DNA from: an uncultured Prochlorococcus sp.
Lineage (GTDB): Bacteria; Cyanobacteriota; Cyanobacteriia; PCC-6307; Cyanobiaceae
Assembly (NCBI GenBank): GCA_902520485.1
Contig: CABYNZ010000003.1
Location: forward strand, 6,859-70,858
Direction of reading: 5' to 3'
DNA: 64,000 nt
In this document: positions 1-10,473 of the stretch, one piece after another
Layout of the letters: each line of letters opens with the position of its first letter
How positions within the stretch are numbered: the first letter of the stretch is position 1
Program-made: the position numbers and the translations under genes
Notes under the pieces: model-generated
Database searches by the model: none
What the model was told of the DNA's origin: nothing
Seen by the model: the letters and a program-made list of their open reading frames with translations, nothing else

Positions 1-35
1 TTTTTGGGTAAGAACCGTACGGTACTTTGAGACAT
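1..35 (-). CDS. Possible 5' end of a CDS running off the window (MSQSTVRFLPK...)
   Basis: ATG at 35, 18 nt downstream of the ribD stop, open to the window edge; too short to identify. Confidence 0.35.
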   Translation of the reverse strand, partial: MSQSTVRFLPK

Positions 36-52
36 AAAAATTAGTATGAAAA

Positions 53-1153
53 TTAATTTTTAAATGAACTTTTAACACATATATCATTTCCAATCAAACT
101 AAACTGAGAATCACTTAATTTAATAATTTCGTGCATTTCTTTAAATTCAAAATCGCCAAGAGGATTCATACTATTTTCTCCACCTAAGATTTTTGGGGCA
201 ATAAAAGTAATAAGTTCTTGAATACAATTAGATCGAATTGCGGCAGTAGCCAATCCGGGGCCACATTCCCAAAGAATTTTATTACATCCTCTTTTTGCAA
301 GTATTTTTGAAATTAATTCTGGATTATCTGATAAAACCTTTTTAACCTCTACACATTTCGGAATCCTTGAGAGGTAGCTTTCATTTGCCGTAGAAGAATC
401 ATAAATAACTAAAGTTTTTGCCTTACTACAATCCCAAAGATTAGATTTTGAAGGGAGATCTAAACTTTTTGTAAAAACAACTCGCAAAGGCTCAGGATTT
501 TTGAAACCTCTTGTAGTCAAAAGTGGGTTGTCCCTTCTTAATGTGTTTCCTCCAATTATTATTGCATCAAATTCTGCTCTAAAAGAATGAACTAATGACC
601 TTGATTCATCATTAGTAATCCATTTACTTTTTCCATTTCTTAAAGCTATTCTTCCATCAATACTCATTGCCCATTTAAGAACACCAAATGCCCTTTTAGT
701 AATATTCCTATGAATAAAAGCCTTATTTAGATCTAAGGATTCTTTTTCACATAATCCTAAGTGAACTTGTATTCCAGCTTCTTTTAGAAGCTTAATACCT
801 TTACCAGAGACTCTTTTATCAGGGTCTTCAATAGATATATATACCTTTTTTAACCCAGAGGATATAACTTTATCTACACATGGAGGTGTTTTACCTTGAT
901 GGCAACAAGGTTCAAGATTGACATACATTGTTCCACCTTTAGCATCCTTTTTTAAATTATTAAAAGCCATTGCCTCTGCATGAGGCATTCCTGCCTTGAA
1001 ATGAAACCCTTCTGAAATAAGGCTTCCATTCTTATCTAATATCACTGCTCCCACCCTAGGATTAGGACTCGTTGTATTTTTGCCTAAAGAAGCCAAATAA
1101 ATTGCTCTTTTCATCCATTTTGTATGACTTACATTTTTTTCAGACATCCCCAA
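53..1153 (-). CDS. ribD: Bifunctional riboflavin biosynthesis deaminase/reductase RibD
   Basis: PNPRVGAV, HAE and LEPCCHQGKTPPC zinc-deaminase motifs plus KWAMSIDG reductase domain. Confidence 0.97.
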   Translation of the reverse strand: MGMSEKNVSHTKWMKRAIYLASLGKNTTSPNPRVGAVILDKNGSLISEGFHFKAGMPHAEAMAFNNLKKDAKGGTMYVNLEPCCHQGKTPPCVDKVISSGLKKVYISIEDPDKRVSGKGIKLLKEAGIQVHLGLCEKESLDLNKAFIHRNITKRAFGVLKWAMSIDGRIALRNGKSKWITNDESRSLVHSFRAEFDAIIIGGNTLRRDNPLLTTRGFKNPEPLRVVFTKSLDLPSKSNLWDCSKAKTLVIYDSSTANESYLSRIPKCVEVKKVLSDNPELISKILAKRGCNKILWECGPGLATAAIRSNCIQELITFIAPKILGGENSMNPLGDFEFKEMHEIIKLSDSQFSLIGNDICVKSSFKN

Positions 1154-1162
1154 AAATCAAAT

Positions 1163-1663
1163 TCAGTTTATTGATCTCCACTCTTTGACAACAAAAGGAG
1201 GTACAGGTAGCTCAGAAAAAACTCCTGACAAAGATAATCTTAATGGCCTATTTTTATCTAAATTTTTTATTAATGCGTCAAGATCAAATTCTGCAGCAGC
1301 TTGTCTTCCATCATTTGCTAACTCCACATTCAGTAATGTTTTATCATCTAAATGCCACTGTTTTATCCCGGATTCAACCCTCAAGTCAGTGGGATGATCA
1401 ATCCTGAGATTACCTGGATATCCTATTACTCTCAAGATCAATTTATCTTCAAAAAGAGGTGATTTATAAGCTACTAATTGCCAAGTTTCAAAGTCCAAGT
1501 CCCTTAAAAACTCACTGCTAGCATTTATCAATTCCCCATTTATTTCTGTTTCTGCAACTTCTGCAGATACTTTTATTGGGCTAAAAATAAAGAGTATTAG
1601 TAAGAATAAAGGTATTACCCCTTTTAAAAAAATATTTTTATTTGATTTTGTAATTTTCTTCAT
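1163..1663 (-). CDS. Conserved cyanobacterial exported protein (DUF3122-like)
   Basis: N-terminal signal/TM segment; LRDLD..TWQLVAY and LRVIGYPG segments. Confidence 0.75.
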   Translation of the reverse strand: MKKITKSNKNIFLKGVIPLFLLILFIFSPIKVSAEVAETEINGELINASSEFLRDLDFETWQLVAYKSPLFEDKLILRVIGYPGNLRIDHPTDLRVESGIKQWHLDDKTLLNVELANDGRQAAAEFDLDALIKNLDKNRPLRLSLSGVFSELPVPPFVVKEWRSIN

Positions 1664-1889
1664 TTTCAGAATCCATCAGGGCATCAAGGGTTACAGCTGT
1701 TCTTACAATAGCTTGATATCTTTTAATTATTTTACGATTTTTTTCTATAACTCGAGATAAATTCAAAGTGTCTTTTTCAGAATAGCTAGAAGTTAAATCG
1801 CTAGAATCTTCTTCAATAAACTCAAACTCACTATCTTTATTAATTAGAGTTAACAATAAATCATGTAATCTCTTTCTCCTTTCAGACAA
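1638..1889 (-). CDS. Hypothetical protein (83 aa)
   Basis: TTG start, overlaps the next gene in operon fashion, protein-like composition. Confidence 0.7.
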   Translation of the reverse strand: MSERRKRLHDLLLTLINKDSEFEFIEEDSSDLTSSYSEKDTLNLSRVIEKNRKIIKRYQAIVRTAVTLDALMDSENEENYKIK

Positions 1890-1972
1890 TTAATTTACTA
1901 TGATAACTCGAATAATAATAAGATAATTTAATGTAACATTCAAACAATTTAGTTCCATTTCATTAAATATAG

Positions 1973-3247
1973 ATGACTGAAGTTAATAGAAAAATTCATG
2001 TAATTGGTATTAATTCTTATAAATTTGAGGATCTATCTTTCAAATTACAAAATCTATTTTTAGAAACAGAAAATATTGCAGTTCCAAATTCATATTTTGA
2101 AGAAATTAAATCATGGAGCAATAATAGTTTTGAAAAAAAGAAATTATTTTTTTCGAGCGACAGTAATAACGAACTTTTTAACTGGATTAGATCTCAAAAA
2201 ACAGATGTTATTTTGATTTCGAGAGGAGATCCACTTTGGTTTGGCATTGGGAGAATACTACTAGAAAATTTTTCAAGAGATGAATTAAGTTTCTACCCTT
2301 CAAATACTTGCACTCAACTAGCATTTAATAAGTTAAAGATTCCATGGCAAGATACTGTTAATGTTAGTATTCACGGAAGAGATGCAACTAGGTTAGTAGA
2401 GGCTCTTAAAAAAAAGCCTTCAAACTTAGCTATAATTACAGATTCAAGTAACAAAAGTTTAGAAATAATCAAAAAAAACTTATCAGAATTAAATCTTGTT
2501 GAATTCTACGATTTTTGGCTCTGTGAAGAAATTGGCTTCGACAATGAAAATATAAGAAAATTAAATCTTAAAGAGTCATTACCATCTGATATATCAAGTT
2601 TGAACATTGTTGTTCTTACAAAAACAAAGAAAAATTACACAAATAATAATCTCCCTCTTTTCGGAATCGATGACCATATTTTTAAAACTTTTAATGATAG
2701 ACCAAATTTATTTACCAAAAGGGAGGTTCGCGTCCAAATCTTAGCTGATTTAGAGCTCCCTAAAAATGGTGTCATCTGGGATATAGGTTCAGGTTGCGGG
2801 TCAATTGGTTTAGAGGCTTTAAAATTAAGGCCTTATTTAGATTTGTTTTGTATCGATAAAAGGATTGGTTCAAAAGCATTGATAGTTGAAAACTCAAAAA
2901 GACTTGGCGTTAAACCAAAATTTATTTTTGAGGAAGACATAAATAATATGTTGAATTCGAGCAATTTTAGTTCTTTTGAAAAACCTAATAGATTGGTGAT
3001 TGGAGGATGTGATAAAAAGACTAAACTTAAAATCATTGATAAACTAGCTCAGGATATGAGTATCGGAGATATTATCGTTATCCCAATAATTGACTTTCAA
3101 ATTATTAAAGAATTGAAAGAGGAATTAGAAGAAAAAAATTTCAAAACAAATTTAAATTTAATTCAGACCTATAAAAGCCTGAGTATCGCAGAAGGAATGA
3201 GATTAGAGCCAAATAATCCTGTTTTTCTATTAAAAGGGAAAAAATAA
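1973..3247 (+). CDS. cbiET: Bifunctional cobalt-precorrin-7 C5-methyltransferase / precorrin-6B C15-methyltransferase (CbiE-CbiT, CobL)
   Basis: SRGDPLWFGIG tetrapyrrole methylase motif; TKREVR and WDIGSGCGSIG SAM motifs. Confidence 0.92.
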   Translation: MTEVNRKIHVIGINSYKFEDLSFKLQNLFLETENIAVPNSYFEEIKSWSNNSFEKKKLFFSSDSNNELFNWIRSQKTDVILISRGDPLWFGIGRILLENFSRDELSFYPSNTCTQLAFNKLKIPWQDTVNVSIHGRDATRLVEALKKKPSNLAIITDSSNKSLEIIKKNLSELNLVEFYDFWLCEEIGFDNENIRKLNLKESLPSDISSLNIVVLTKTKKNYTNNNLPLFGIDDHIFKTFNDRPNLFTKREVRVQILADLELPKNGVIWDIGSGCGSIGLEALKLRPYLDLFCIDKRIGSKALIVENSKRLGVKPKFIFEEDINNMLNSSNFSSFEKPNRLVIGGCDKKTKLKIIDKLAQDMSIGDIIVIPIIDFQIIKELKEELEEKNFKTNLNLIQTYKSLSIAEGMRLEPNNPVFLLKGKK

Positions 3248-3260
3248 ATTTAAATAATTG

Positions 3261-4169
3261 TTATTTGTTAGGTTTAGCCACATGGGGCAAACCCCAACCT
3301 AGTTTATTTCTTAAAACTTGGAAAAATTCATGATCTTCAAGTCTAATAAACTTTACTGAGTGTTTACTTTTTCTTATTAAAACTCTATCTTCTGGCCAAA
3401 CATAACAACCAGCATTTCCGTCAACAACCATTACCAACCTTTCAGGAGTTGCGGGGAAAACAGTTACTGGTTCTGAATCATTAAAAACCAATGCCCTAGA
3501 TGCCAATGAATGTGGAGCAATTGGAGTTAATTGCACGACTGGACAATCAGGCGTAATGACTGGCCCTCCAGCACTCAACGAATATGCAGTAGATCCAGTT
3601 GGAGTAGATAAAATTACTCCATCAGCTGAGATATCTACAGGAGCATGTCGCCCTATAGAAATCTCAAAATGACACATACTCGTCAGAGGTTCTCTATGAA
3701 GAGCCATCTCATTAAGACAAAGAGACTCCCATCTTCTCTGATCATTCCTCATTACACTAATAATAAAGCAAGTTCTTTCTTCAATATCCCAATTTCCAGC
3801 AATGATTTTATCTATTGCTTCATCAAGATTTGATAAATAAGCTTCGGCAAGAAAGCCTAAATGACCAGTATTTATTGTAAGAATTGGAATTTTAGCAGGC
3901 GCTGTTTGCCTTGCAGCAGAAAGCACGGTTCCATCTCCGCCAAGAACAATTGCAAATTCCATTGACGAGTCGAAACCCTCGGGAACGCAGTTCGTATATC
4001 CCAAAGGACGAACATGTTGATCAGGATTGGCGAATCCAACCATTCCACCTGAACTACTAACTCTTACAACTTGATAATTGGATTTTTCCAACTTTTTCTC
4101 AACAGAACTTGCAGTTTGAACAGCAAGTTCTTTCCCATCATTAACTATTAGCCCTGCTTTACGTACCAA
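3261..4169 (-). CDS. nadK: NAD(+) kinase
   Basis: [18 protein letters not shown] and [14 protein letters not shown] motifs. Confidence 0.96.
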   Translation of the reverse strand: MVRKAGLIVNDGKELAVQTASSVEKKLEKSNYQVVRVSSSGGMVGFANPDQHVRPLGYTNCVPEGFDSSMEFAIVLGGDGTVLSAARQTAPAKIPILTINTGHLGFLAEAYLSNLDEAIDKIIAGNWDIEERTCFIISVMRNDQRRWESLCLNEMALHREPLTSMCHFEISIGRHAPVDISADGVILSTPTGSTAYSLSAGGPVITPDCPVVQLTPIAPHSLASRALVFNDSEPVTVFPATPERLVMVVDGNAGCYVWPEDRVLIRKSKHSVKFIRLEDHEFFQVLRNKLGWGLPHVAKPNK

Positions 4170-4239
4170 TCAAAAAACTAAAACTATGACTATCTTAAAC
4201 TAAGATACTGGACAAACCTAATTTAAAATTTCAATTTTA

Positions 4240-5247
4240 TTAGAATTGTTCTAAGAATCTAAAATCATTTGTATAAAATTTTCTAATGTCGTCAATCTGA
4301 TGTCTAACCATACAAAATCTCTCAACTCCTAATCCAGCTGCAAATCCGGTCCATTTCTCAGGATCAATTCCTAATTTTTCTAAGACCTTCGGATCTACCA
4401 TTCCGCATCCCATTACTTCTAACCATTTACCTTTCCATTGAACATCTACTTCTGCCGAAGGTTCAGTAAATGGGAAATAACTAGCTCTAAATCTTACAGG
4501 AATATCTCCAAAAAAGGTCTTTAAAAAAGTAAGAACTGTTCCTCTTAAATGACTAAAATTAATATCTTGATCGATACATAAAACTTCAACCTGATTAAAT
4601 ACAGGGGAGTGAGTAGCATCTACAGCATCTCTCCTATAAACTCTTCCCGGGGCAATAATTCGCACCGGAGGAAGATTTTTTTCTAAATGCCTTATCTGAA
4701 CAGGAGAAGTGTGGGTCCTTAAAAGTTGATTTTCATCTAAGTAGAAAGTATCCTGCATATCTCTTGCGGGATGATTTTTGGGTATATTGAGAGACTCAAA
4801 ATTGTAAAAATCAGTTTCTATTTCAGGTCCACTTTCAACTGAATACCCTAAACCACAAAAAATATCTATTATTTCATCTTGAGTTGAAATTAAAGGATGT
4901 TTATTCCCTGGGGGGGTTCCAATTGAAGGTATAGTTACATCAATTGTTTCTGTTTTGATCTTTTTATCTAAGGCTTCACTATTTAGTTGATTTTTTCTTT
5001 CAAGTATTAATTCTTGCAAATTTATCTTTATTAAATTTGCTTTCTGGCCAACAAGTGGTCTATCAGTAACAGATAATTGACCCATTGTTTTCAAGATAAT
5101 TGACAACTCACCCTTTTTCCCAAGCATGGAAACTCTTAACTGATCCAGTTCTTCATGAGTATTAGCATTATCTATATTATTTTTTGCTGTTAGAGAAAGA
5201 TTATTTAGTTTTTCCTCAATCTGACTTAATGATTCAATCTGACTCAC
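4240..5247 (-). CDS. pheS: Phenylalanine--tRNA ligase alpha subunit
   Basis: [35 protein letters not shown]. Confidence 0.99.
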   Translation of the reverse strand: MSQIESLSQIEEKLNNLSLTAKNNIDNANTHEELDQLRVSMLGKKGELSIILKTMGQLSVTDRPLVGQKANLIKINLQELILERKNQLNSEALDKKIKTETIDVTIPSIGTPPGNKHPLISTQDEIIDIFCGLGYSVESGPEIETDFYNFESLNIPKNHPARDMQDTFYLDENQLLRTHTSPVQIRHLEKNLPPVRIIAPGRVYRRDAVDATHSPVFNQVEVLCIDQDINFSHLRGTVLTFLKTFFGDIPVRFRASYFPFTEPSAEVDVQWKGKWLEVMGCGMVDPKVLEKLGIDPEKWTGFAAGLGVERFCMVRHQIDDIRKFYTNDFRFLEQF

Positions 5248-5315
5248 TGATATAGTAAAAATAAGTATTACTTTATCTTACTTAAATATCGTCCATAAAT
5301 AAAATTTATTGATTA

Positions 5316-6113
5316 ATGAAACCGTTAAATATACTAATTAGTAATGATGATGGTGTTTTTGCAGCGGGGATAAGAGCTTTAGCAAAAGCAGCGCAAAAAA
5401 GGGGTCATAATGTAAAAGTAGTATGCCCTGACCAAGAAAGATCAGCGACTGGTCATGGTCTTACTTTACAATCTCCATTAAGAGTTGAAAAAGCTGACGA
5501 ATTATTTGGGAAAGGAATCGAAGCTTGGGGGTGTTCTGGCACCCCCGCAGATTGTGTCAAATTAGCACTATCTGAACTCTTGGATCATAAACCTGATCTA
5601 ATACTATCTGGTATAAATCACGGACCTAATTTAGGGACAGATATTTTTTGTTCTGGCACTGTCGCTGCAGCTATGGAAGGCACTTTAGAAAATGTTCCCT
5701 CCATGGCAATAAGTGTTGCTAGTTTTAAATGGAAGAATTTTGAATATGTCGGAGAAATTGCAATGAATATTGCCGAACAAGCAATTAACGATAATTGGCC
5801 AGCTTCACTTCTATTAAACTTGAATATACCACCTTGCCAGAAAAGCAAAATAAAAGAATTATCATGGACAAGATTATCAGTAAGAAAATATAAAAATCAA
5901 TTTTCCAAAAGAGAAGACCCAAGGGGTGATGATTATTATTGGTTAGCAGGAGAAGTAGTTTTAGATCTTAAATCGAAAGGTTACGGTCCCAAGAATTGGC
6001 CTAGTGATGTATCTCAAATACAAGAAAACAAAATATCTCTTACACCTGTTGAACCAGATTTATTTTGGAGAGGTGGTTTGGAGTTATTGCCTAAAATAAA
6101 ATTTCATTTATAA
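5316..6113 (+). CDS. surE: 5'/3'-nucleotidase SurE
   Basis: [30 protein letters not shown]. Confidence 0.97.
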   Translation: MKPLNILISNDDGVFAAGIRALAKAAQKRGHNVKVVCPDQERSATGHGLTLQSPLRVEKADELFGKGIEAWGCSGTPADCVKLALSELLDHKPDLILSGINHGPNLGTDIFCSGTVAAAMEGTLENVPSMAISVASFKWKNFEYVGEIAMNIAEQAINDNWPASLLLNLNIPPCQKSKIKELSWTRLSVRKYKNQFSKREDPRGDDYYWLAGEVVLDLKSKGYGPKNWPSDVSQIQENKISLTPVEPDLFWRGGLELLPKIKFHL

Positions 6114-6637
6114 ATCCTTCTTAAAAGCCATAAAGAAAAGCAAAGTCCAAAAAAGTGAGCAGCAATAACTTGTGTATTACTTAGCACTGATAAAATCTCA
6201 AGCCCAGTAATTGGGATGTCTGATGTCGCGGTTATCAACTGTCCAGTTGTTTGTGATGATGCTTGAATAAATAGAGCACCCATAAGAGCTTGATATCCAA
6301 TTAATCCAAACAAAACTCCCAATAAATCGACCACTAATCCTCTTTTTATTAATTTACTAGTTTGTCCTCTTGAGGGTCTTGCGTTGCTTGCAATTGCTCT
6401 ACCAGTTCTAACTATTAACCAACTTTGCCAAAGACTAAAAAGTAGTAAAATCAAGGATATTGTTGTAAGTGAAAGTCCAGGAGTTAAACCAAGCTGTCCT
6501 TCGCTATTATTTACAACATTTGAAAAAAGCAAAACAGCTGCCACAACAACGCCTAAGATGGATTGAGTCCAAAAGCGTATCCATCCGATACGTCGCATTC
6601 CAAATGAAAGCGACTGAAAATCAATTTTGTCAGACAT
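6104..6637 (-). CDS. Membrane protein (DUF3611-like)
   Basis: [12 protein letters not shown]-terminus, four hydrophobic segments. Confidence 0.75.
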   Translation of the reverse strand: MSDKIDFQSLSFGMRRIGWIRFWTQSILGVVVAAVLLFSNVVNNSEGQLGLTPGLSLTTISLILLLFSLWQSWLIVRTGRAIASNARPSRGQTSKLIKRGLVVDLLGVLFGLIGYQALMGALFIQASSQTTGQLITATSDIPITGLEILSVLSNTQVIAAHFFGLCFSLWLLRRIYK

Positions 6638-6705
6638 TCATTTGATTGAATAAACTATAATCTATTCAAATTTGCCATCAAAATCATAAAATTGCACGTA
6701 ATCTT

Positions 6706-7629
6706 TTGATCTCTTTAATATCACCATCTGAAGTAAATAATCCTACTTCAATAGCTATTGGAAGTTTTGATGGCCTGCATGCTGGCCACAGAAAATTAAT
6801 AGAAAGTGTTGTTGAAGAAAATCAATACACCCCAACAATTGCAAGCTTCTGGCCTCATCCCAGAGAAGTTCTATACAAAGAGACACGCCTTAGGCTAGAT
6901 CTCCCTGAAGAAAAACTACCTATTCTTGAAGATCTTGGAATTAAACAATTAGTTTTGATTCCTTTTGATAAGAAACTATCAAATTTAAGTGCCGAGAGTT
7001 TTGTAAGAGATATTCTGATAAATCAATTGCAAGCAAAAAATATTTCAGTGGGTGCTAACTTTAAATTTGGTTTTAGAAGAAGCGGAGATATCAACACTAT
7101 AAAAGATACAATTAAAGATACTGATATAAGATTAAAAATAACACCGATTTTAGAAGACAACCAAGGTAGAATCAGTAGCAGCAGAATAAGAGATTTATTA
7201 CAGAATAGTGATCTAAAAAATGCTTTCAAGATTCTTAAAAGGCCCTATAGTTTTCATGGGAAAGTTGTTAAAGGTAAAGGTATTGGGAAAAATATTGGAT
7301 GGCCCACGGCAAATCTTGAAATAGATGGTAGAAAATTTTTACCTGGAGAAGGCGTATACGCAGCATGGACAACTATAGAAAATTCCAACCAAAAAATTGC
7401 ATCAGTTATGAATCTTGGCTCTCAACCAACAATTAACCCTTTATTACCATCTGCTGTTGAAGTTCATCTCATCAACAAAGATATCAATCTTTACAACTTA
7501 AATTTATCAGTCGAACCAGTTGAAAAACTTAGATCTCAAATTAAATTTGAAAATGTAGATCAACTCTCTAGTCAAATAAAAAAAGATAAAGATAATGCCC
7601 TCAAAATTTTTAAAAACTACAAAAAATAA
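6706..7629 (+). CDS. ribF: Bifunctional riboflavin kinase / FAD synthetase
   Basis: GSFDGLHAGH, ISSSRIR, GWPTAN, VEVH. Confidence 0.97.
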   Translation: MISLISPSEVNNPTSIAIGSFDGLHAGHRKLIESVVEENQYTPTIASFWPHPREVLYKETRLRLDLPEEKLPILEDLGIKQLVLIPFDKKLSNLSAESFVRDILINQLQAKNISVGANFKFGFRRSGDINTIKDTIKDTDIRLKITPILEDNQGRISSSRIRDLLQNSDLKNAFKILKRPYSFHGKVVKGKGIGKNIGWPTANLEIDGRKFLPGEGVYAAWTTIENSNQKIASVMNLGSQPTINPLLPSAVEVHLINKDINLYNLNLSVEPVEKLRSQIKFENVDQLSSQIKKDKDNALKIFKNYKK

Positions 7630-7636
7630 ATTACAA

Positions 7637-8692
7637 ATGCATAATTACAATCTTACTGACGCTGAAGATTTACGAATATTTCAAATTATTGATGCAAATC
7701 TTGATAGAGCTAGAGAAGGATTAAGAGTTCTTGAAGATTGGGCAAGATTTGGGGTAGGGGGAAATGAATGTGTTGTAAGGATAAAAAATTTTAGACAAAT
7801 CTTAGGAAAGAATCATCTAGAAGTTTATAAACAATCCCGAAATTATATTGAGGACCAATGCAAAGGGTTGACTCATCAAGAACAAATTAAAAGAAAAAAC
7901 CCTGAGCAAATTATAAGTTCAAATGCAAGTAGAGTTCAAGAAGCATTAAGAGTCATAGAAGAATTTTCGAGGATACATAATCATGAGCTTTCAAAAATCG
8001 CTTCGAAAATTAGATATGAAATTTATACCATAGAAATCGAATTATTAAGTTTAAGCAAATGTAAGAAGTCCGAGAAAATATTAAAAGAAAATGACTTATA
8101 TGTAATAACAGATCAAAAGGACAATTTATTAGAAACAATAGAAGAAATCTTAATTGCAGGAGTAAGAATTATTCAACATAGATATAAAAAAGGAACTGAT
8201 AAAGATCATATTCAAGAAGCAATTAAGATTAAAAATCTATGTAAAAAATACAATTCTTTGTTTATCGTTAACGACAGACTTGATATAGCTTTGGCATCTA
8301 ATGCGGATGGTATTCATCTTGGGCAAGATGATTTAGACTTGAAAACCGCAAGAAAATTATTAGGATATTCAAAAATCATTGGTATAAGCGCAAATAATGA
8401 AATTGATATTTCTAATGCTCTAAAAGAGGGTTGTGATTACATAGGAATAGGACCAGTATTTGAAACTGCTACAAAAAAGAACAAAAAACCTATAGGTATT
8501 GAAAAAATCAAAAAATTAACCAAAGATTTAGATATTCCTTGGTTTGCTATTGGAGGAATTAAGTCAAATAATATTTCATATTTAAAAAGCAATGGGTTTA
8601 AAAAAGTTGCCTTAGTTTCGCAATTAATGAATTCTGAAGATCCTAAAGAAGACGCTATTATGATTCTAAAAGAGTTGTCTCATGAAAATTAA
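7637..8692 (+). CDS. thiE: Thiamine-phosphate synthase with cyanobacterial N-terminal extension
   Basis: IIDANLDRAREGLRVLED N-domain; NDR, GIHLGQDD, GPVFETATK, AIGGI; ATG 7637 preferred to the ORF-track start inside ribF. Confidence 0.95.
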   Translation: MHNYNLTDAEDLRIFQIIDANLDRAREGLRVLEDWARFGVGGNECVVRIKNFRQILGKNHLEVYKQSRNYIEDQCKGLTHQEQIKRKNPEQIISSNASRVQEALRVIEEFSRIHNHELSKIASKIRYEIYTIEIELLSLSKCKKSEKILKENDLYVITDQKDNLLETIEEILIAGVRIIQHRYKKGTDKDHIQEAIKIKNLCKKYNSLFIVNDRLDIALASNADGIHLGQDDLDLKTARKLLGYSKIIGISANNEIDISNALKEGCDYIGIGPVFETATKKNKKPIGIEKIKKLTKDLDIPWFAIGGIKSNNISYLKSNGFKKVALVSQLMNSEDPKEDAIMILKELSHEN

Positions 8693-8891
8693 GGTAAATG
8701 GAGAAGAAAAAAAAATAAAACTTGATCAAGAAAATGCTCTATTGTCTACAGCTTTAAATTTAATGGGATATAAACCCAACACAATTGTCGTAGAGTTAAA
8801 TAATTTAATTATTAATTCTATAAAATGGGAAAAAGTGAAACTTAAAGATGGGGATAATTTAGAAATCGTTTCAATAGTTGGTGGTGGTTAA
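8682..8891 (+). CDS. thiS: Sulfur carrier protein ThiS
   Basis: IKVNGE start, C-terminal VGGG, coupled to thiE. Confidence 0.95.
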   Translation: MKIKVNGEEKKIKLDQENALLSTALNLMGYKPNTIVVELNNLIINSIKWEKVKLKDGDNLEIVSIVGGG

Positions 8892-9002
8892 AAGAAAAAT
8901 TTTTTGTATATTAAAATCTTCATAATTTTTTAAGTTTAGGCTTGAAACAATAACCAAATTTTTCCTGTTTTCGTTTTATATTCTTATTACCTTATTAGTA
9001 TA

Positions 9003-9170
9003 ATGGAAGAAAAAATTAACAATAACTCAAGATCCCTAAAATGGGAGCAAAATGGAGAGTTGGCTCACAAGGATCTTTCTGAGTTAATTGAAAGACTTAA
9101 AAATGTAGAAAGTGAACATACCTCATCTGAACTGTCTAGATTAGGTACAAAATCAAACATAAAAGATTAA
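9003..9170 (+). CDS. Small hypothetical protein, 55 aa (MEEKINNNSRSLKWEQNGELAHKDLSELIERLKNVESEHTSSELSRLGTKSNIKD)
   Basis: Read by hand below the ORF-track cutoff; ATG 9003 to TAA 9170; purine-rich, coding-like. Confidence 0.65.
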   Translation: MEEKINNNSRSLKWEQNGELAHKDLSELIERLKNVESEHTSSELSRLGTKSNIKD

Positions 9171-9237
9171 ATTTGTTAATTTGATCTTGTTTTTATAAAA
9201 ATTTGTACCAAATTAAAATTACTGAATATAAAAATAA

Positions 9238-9369
9238 ATGCCGAAAAGATTTCCAGAGTGGGTGAACACAGAAGTAGTAATTAAAGCAATCAAAATGAGA
9301 GAAGATGGAATGTTATCAAAACAACTAAATTTATGGATAGAAAACCTATTAGAAATAGAAAAAAAGTAA
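9238..9369 (+). CDS. Small hypothetical protein, 43 aa (MPKRFPEWVNTEVVIKAIKMREDGMLSKQLNLWIENLLEIEKK)
   Basis: Read by hand; ATG 9238 to TAA 9369, stop converges 4 nt from the larB stop. Confidence 0.6.
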   Translation: MPKRFPEWVNTEVVIKAIKMREDGMLSKQLNLWIENLLEIEKK

Positions 9370-9373
9370 TTAT

Positions 9374-10030
9374 TTAGGATACAATTTTAATAATTCTCAA
9401 TGCCGTCATTGCTGCACCATAACCATTATCTATATTCATAACCGCAATACCTGGAGAACAACTTGACAACATACTCCTTAAAGCAGTTTCTCCATCCTTG
9501 CTAACCCCATAGCCGACAGACACTGGTACTGCAATTATCGGTTGTGCCAACAATCCGCCCACAACTGTTGCCAAAGCCCCTTCCATTCCAGCACAAACTA
9601 TTAATACATCATATTTATTAATTTCTTCTAACTGACTCATCAATCGATGAAGTCCAGCCACTCCAACATCTACAAAAGATTGACAATTCACTCCATAAAT
9701 TTCAAGCGCTAATTGTGCTTCAAGTGTTACGGCTAAATCGCTTGTGCCGCCTGAGATTATGGCAACTTTCTTATTCGTTTTTATTTTATTCAGATTTTTC
9801 CCAATTATTAGGCAATTTGCTTCTTCATAGAATAGTGCATCATCATATAAATCCAAAAGATAATTAGCCTTTTCACTATTAATCCTAGTAATGAATACAA
9901 CCTCATTTTTACTTAATACACTTTCAGATAATCTCTCTAATTGGTCGATACTCTTATCTTGCCCCCAAATAGCCTCAATTAGTCCAAGCCTATCTCTCCT
10001 CTGAAAATCAAACTTAATATCAAAATTCAT
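9374..10030 (-). CDS. larB: LarB/CpmA family PurE-like carboxylase
   Basis: R..RLGLIEAIWG..KS, GGTSDL, DVGVAGLHRL, AGMEGAL, VPVSVGYG, VMNIDNGYGAA. Confidence 0.9.
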   Translation of the reverse strand: MNFDIKFDFQRRDRLGLIEAIWGQDKSIDQLERLSESVLSKNEVVFITRINSEKANYLLDLYDDALFYEEANCLIIGKNLNKIKTNKKVAIISGGTSDLAVTLEAQLALEIYGVNCQSFVDVGVAGLHRLMSQLEEINKYDVLIVCAGMEGALATVVGGLLAQPIIAVPVSVGYGVSKDGETALRSMLSSCSPGIAVMNIDNGYGAAMTALRIIKIVS

Positions 10031-10473
10031 CTTTGCTTATCTAATTCGCCCTCATAAATTAATTCAAAAGGATTTTCGCTTACATTTAGAGAAGCTTTAA
10101 CATTATCTTCAAATTCTTGTTGAACTAAATTTACTTCTGACATTGGTATACTTTTCCATAACTTCTTACTTTTCCAATTTACCAATATTAAAGCTTCTTC
10201 TTTTTTTTTATCCCAAAATAATTGCCTTCCCAAAAAACCATCTTGAGAAGATAACCATGGCTCCCATATTTCTTTTTCAGCATTTAACCAAGCTGCTTTT
10301 ACATCGGCAGGTACTTTGAGTCTTAATTCCTCTATGACCGTTTCACTTTGATAATTATCCATTGTAAGTGCTTTTAAATTGGGAATATCAGGTTGAAAAA
10401 TTAAAACTAATAAGCAAATTAATAATAAACAAAATCTTTGAAATTTTTTTTTCAAATTTAAATTAAATCTCAT
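10027..10473 (-). CDS. Conserved cyanobacterial protein (TIGR03792-like) with signal peptide
   Basis: [10 protein letters not shown]...[19 protein letters not shown] pattern. Confidence 0.75.
   Translation of the reverse strand: MRFNLNLKKKFQRFCLLLICLLVLIFQPDIPNLKALTMDNYQSETVIEELRLKVPADVKAAWLNAEKEIWEPWLSSQDGFLGRQLFWDKKKEEALILVNWKSKKLWKSIPMSEVNLVQQEFEDNVKASLNVSENPFELIYEGELDKQR

Noticed and set aside
7595-7636. ORF-track start of thiE
   Set aside because: Lies inside ribF; ATG 7637, just after the ribF stop, is more plausible
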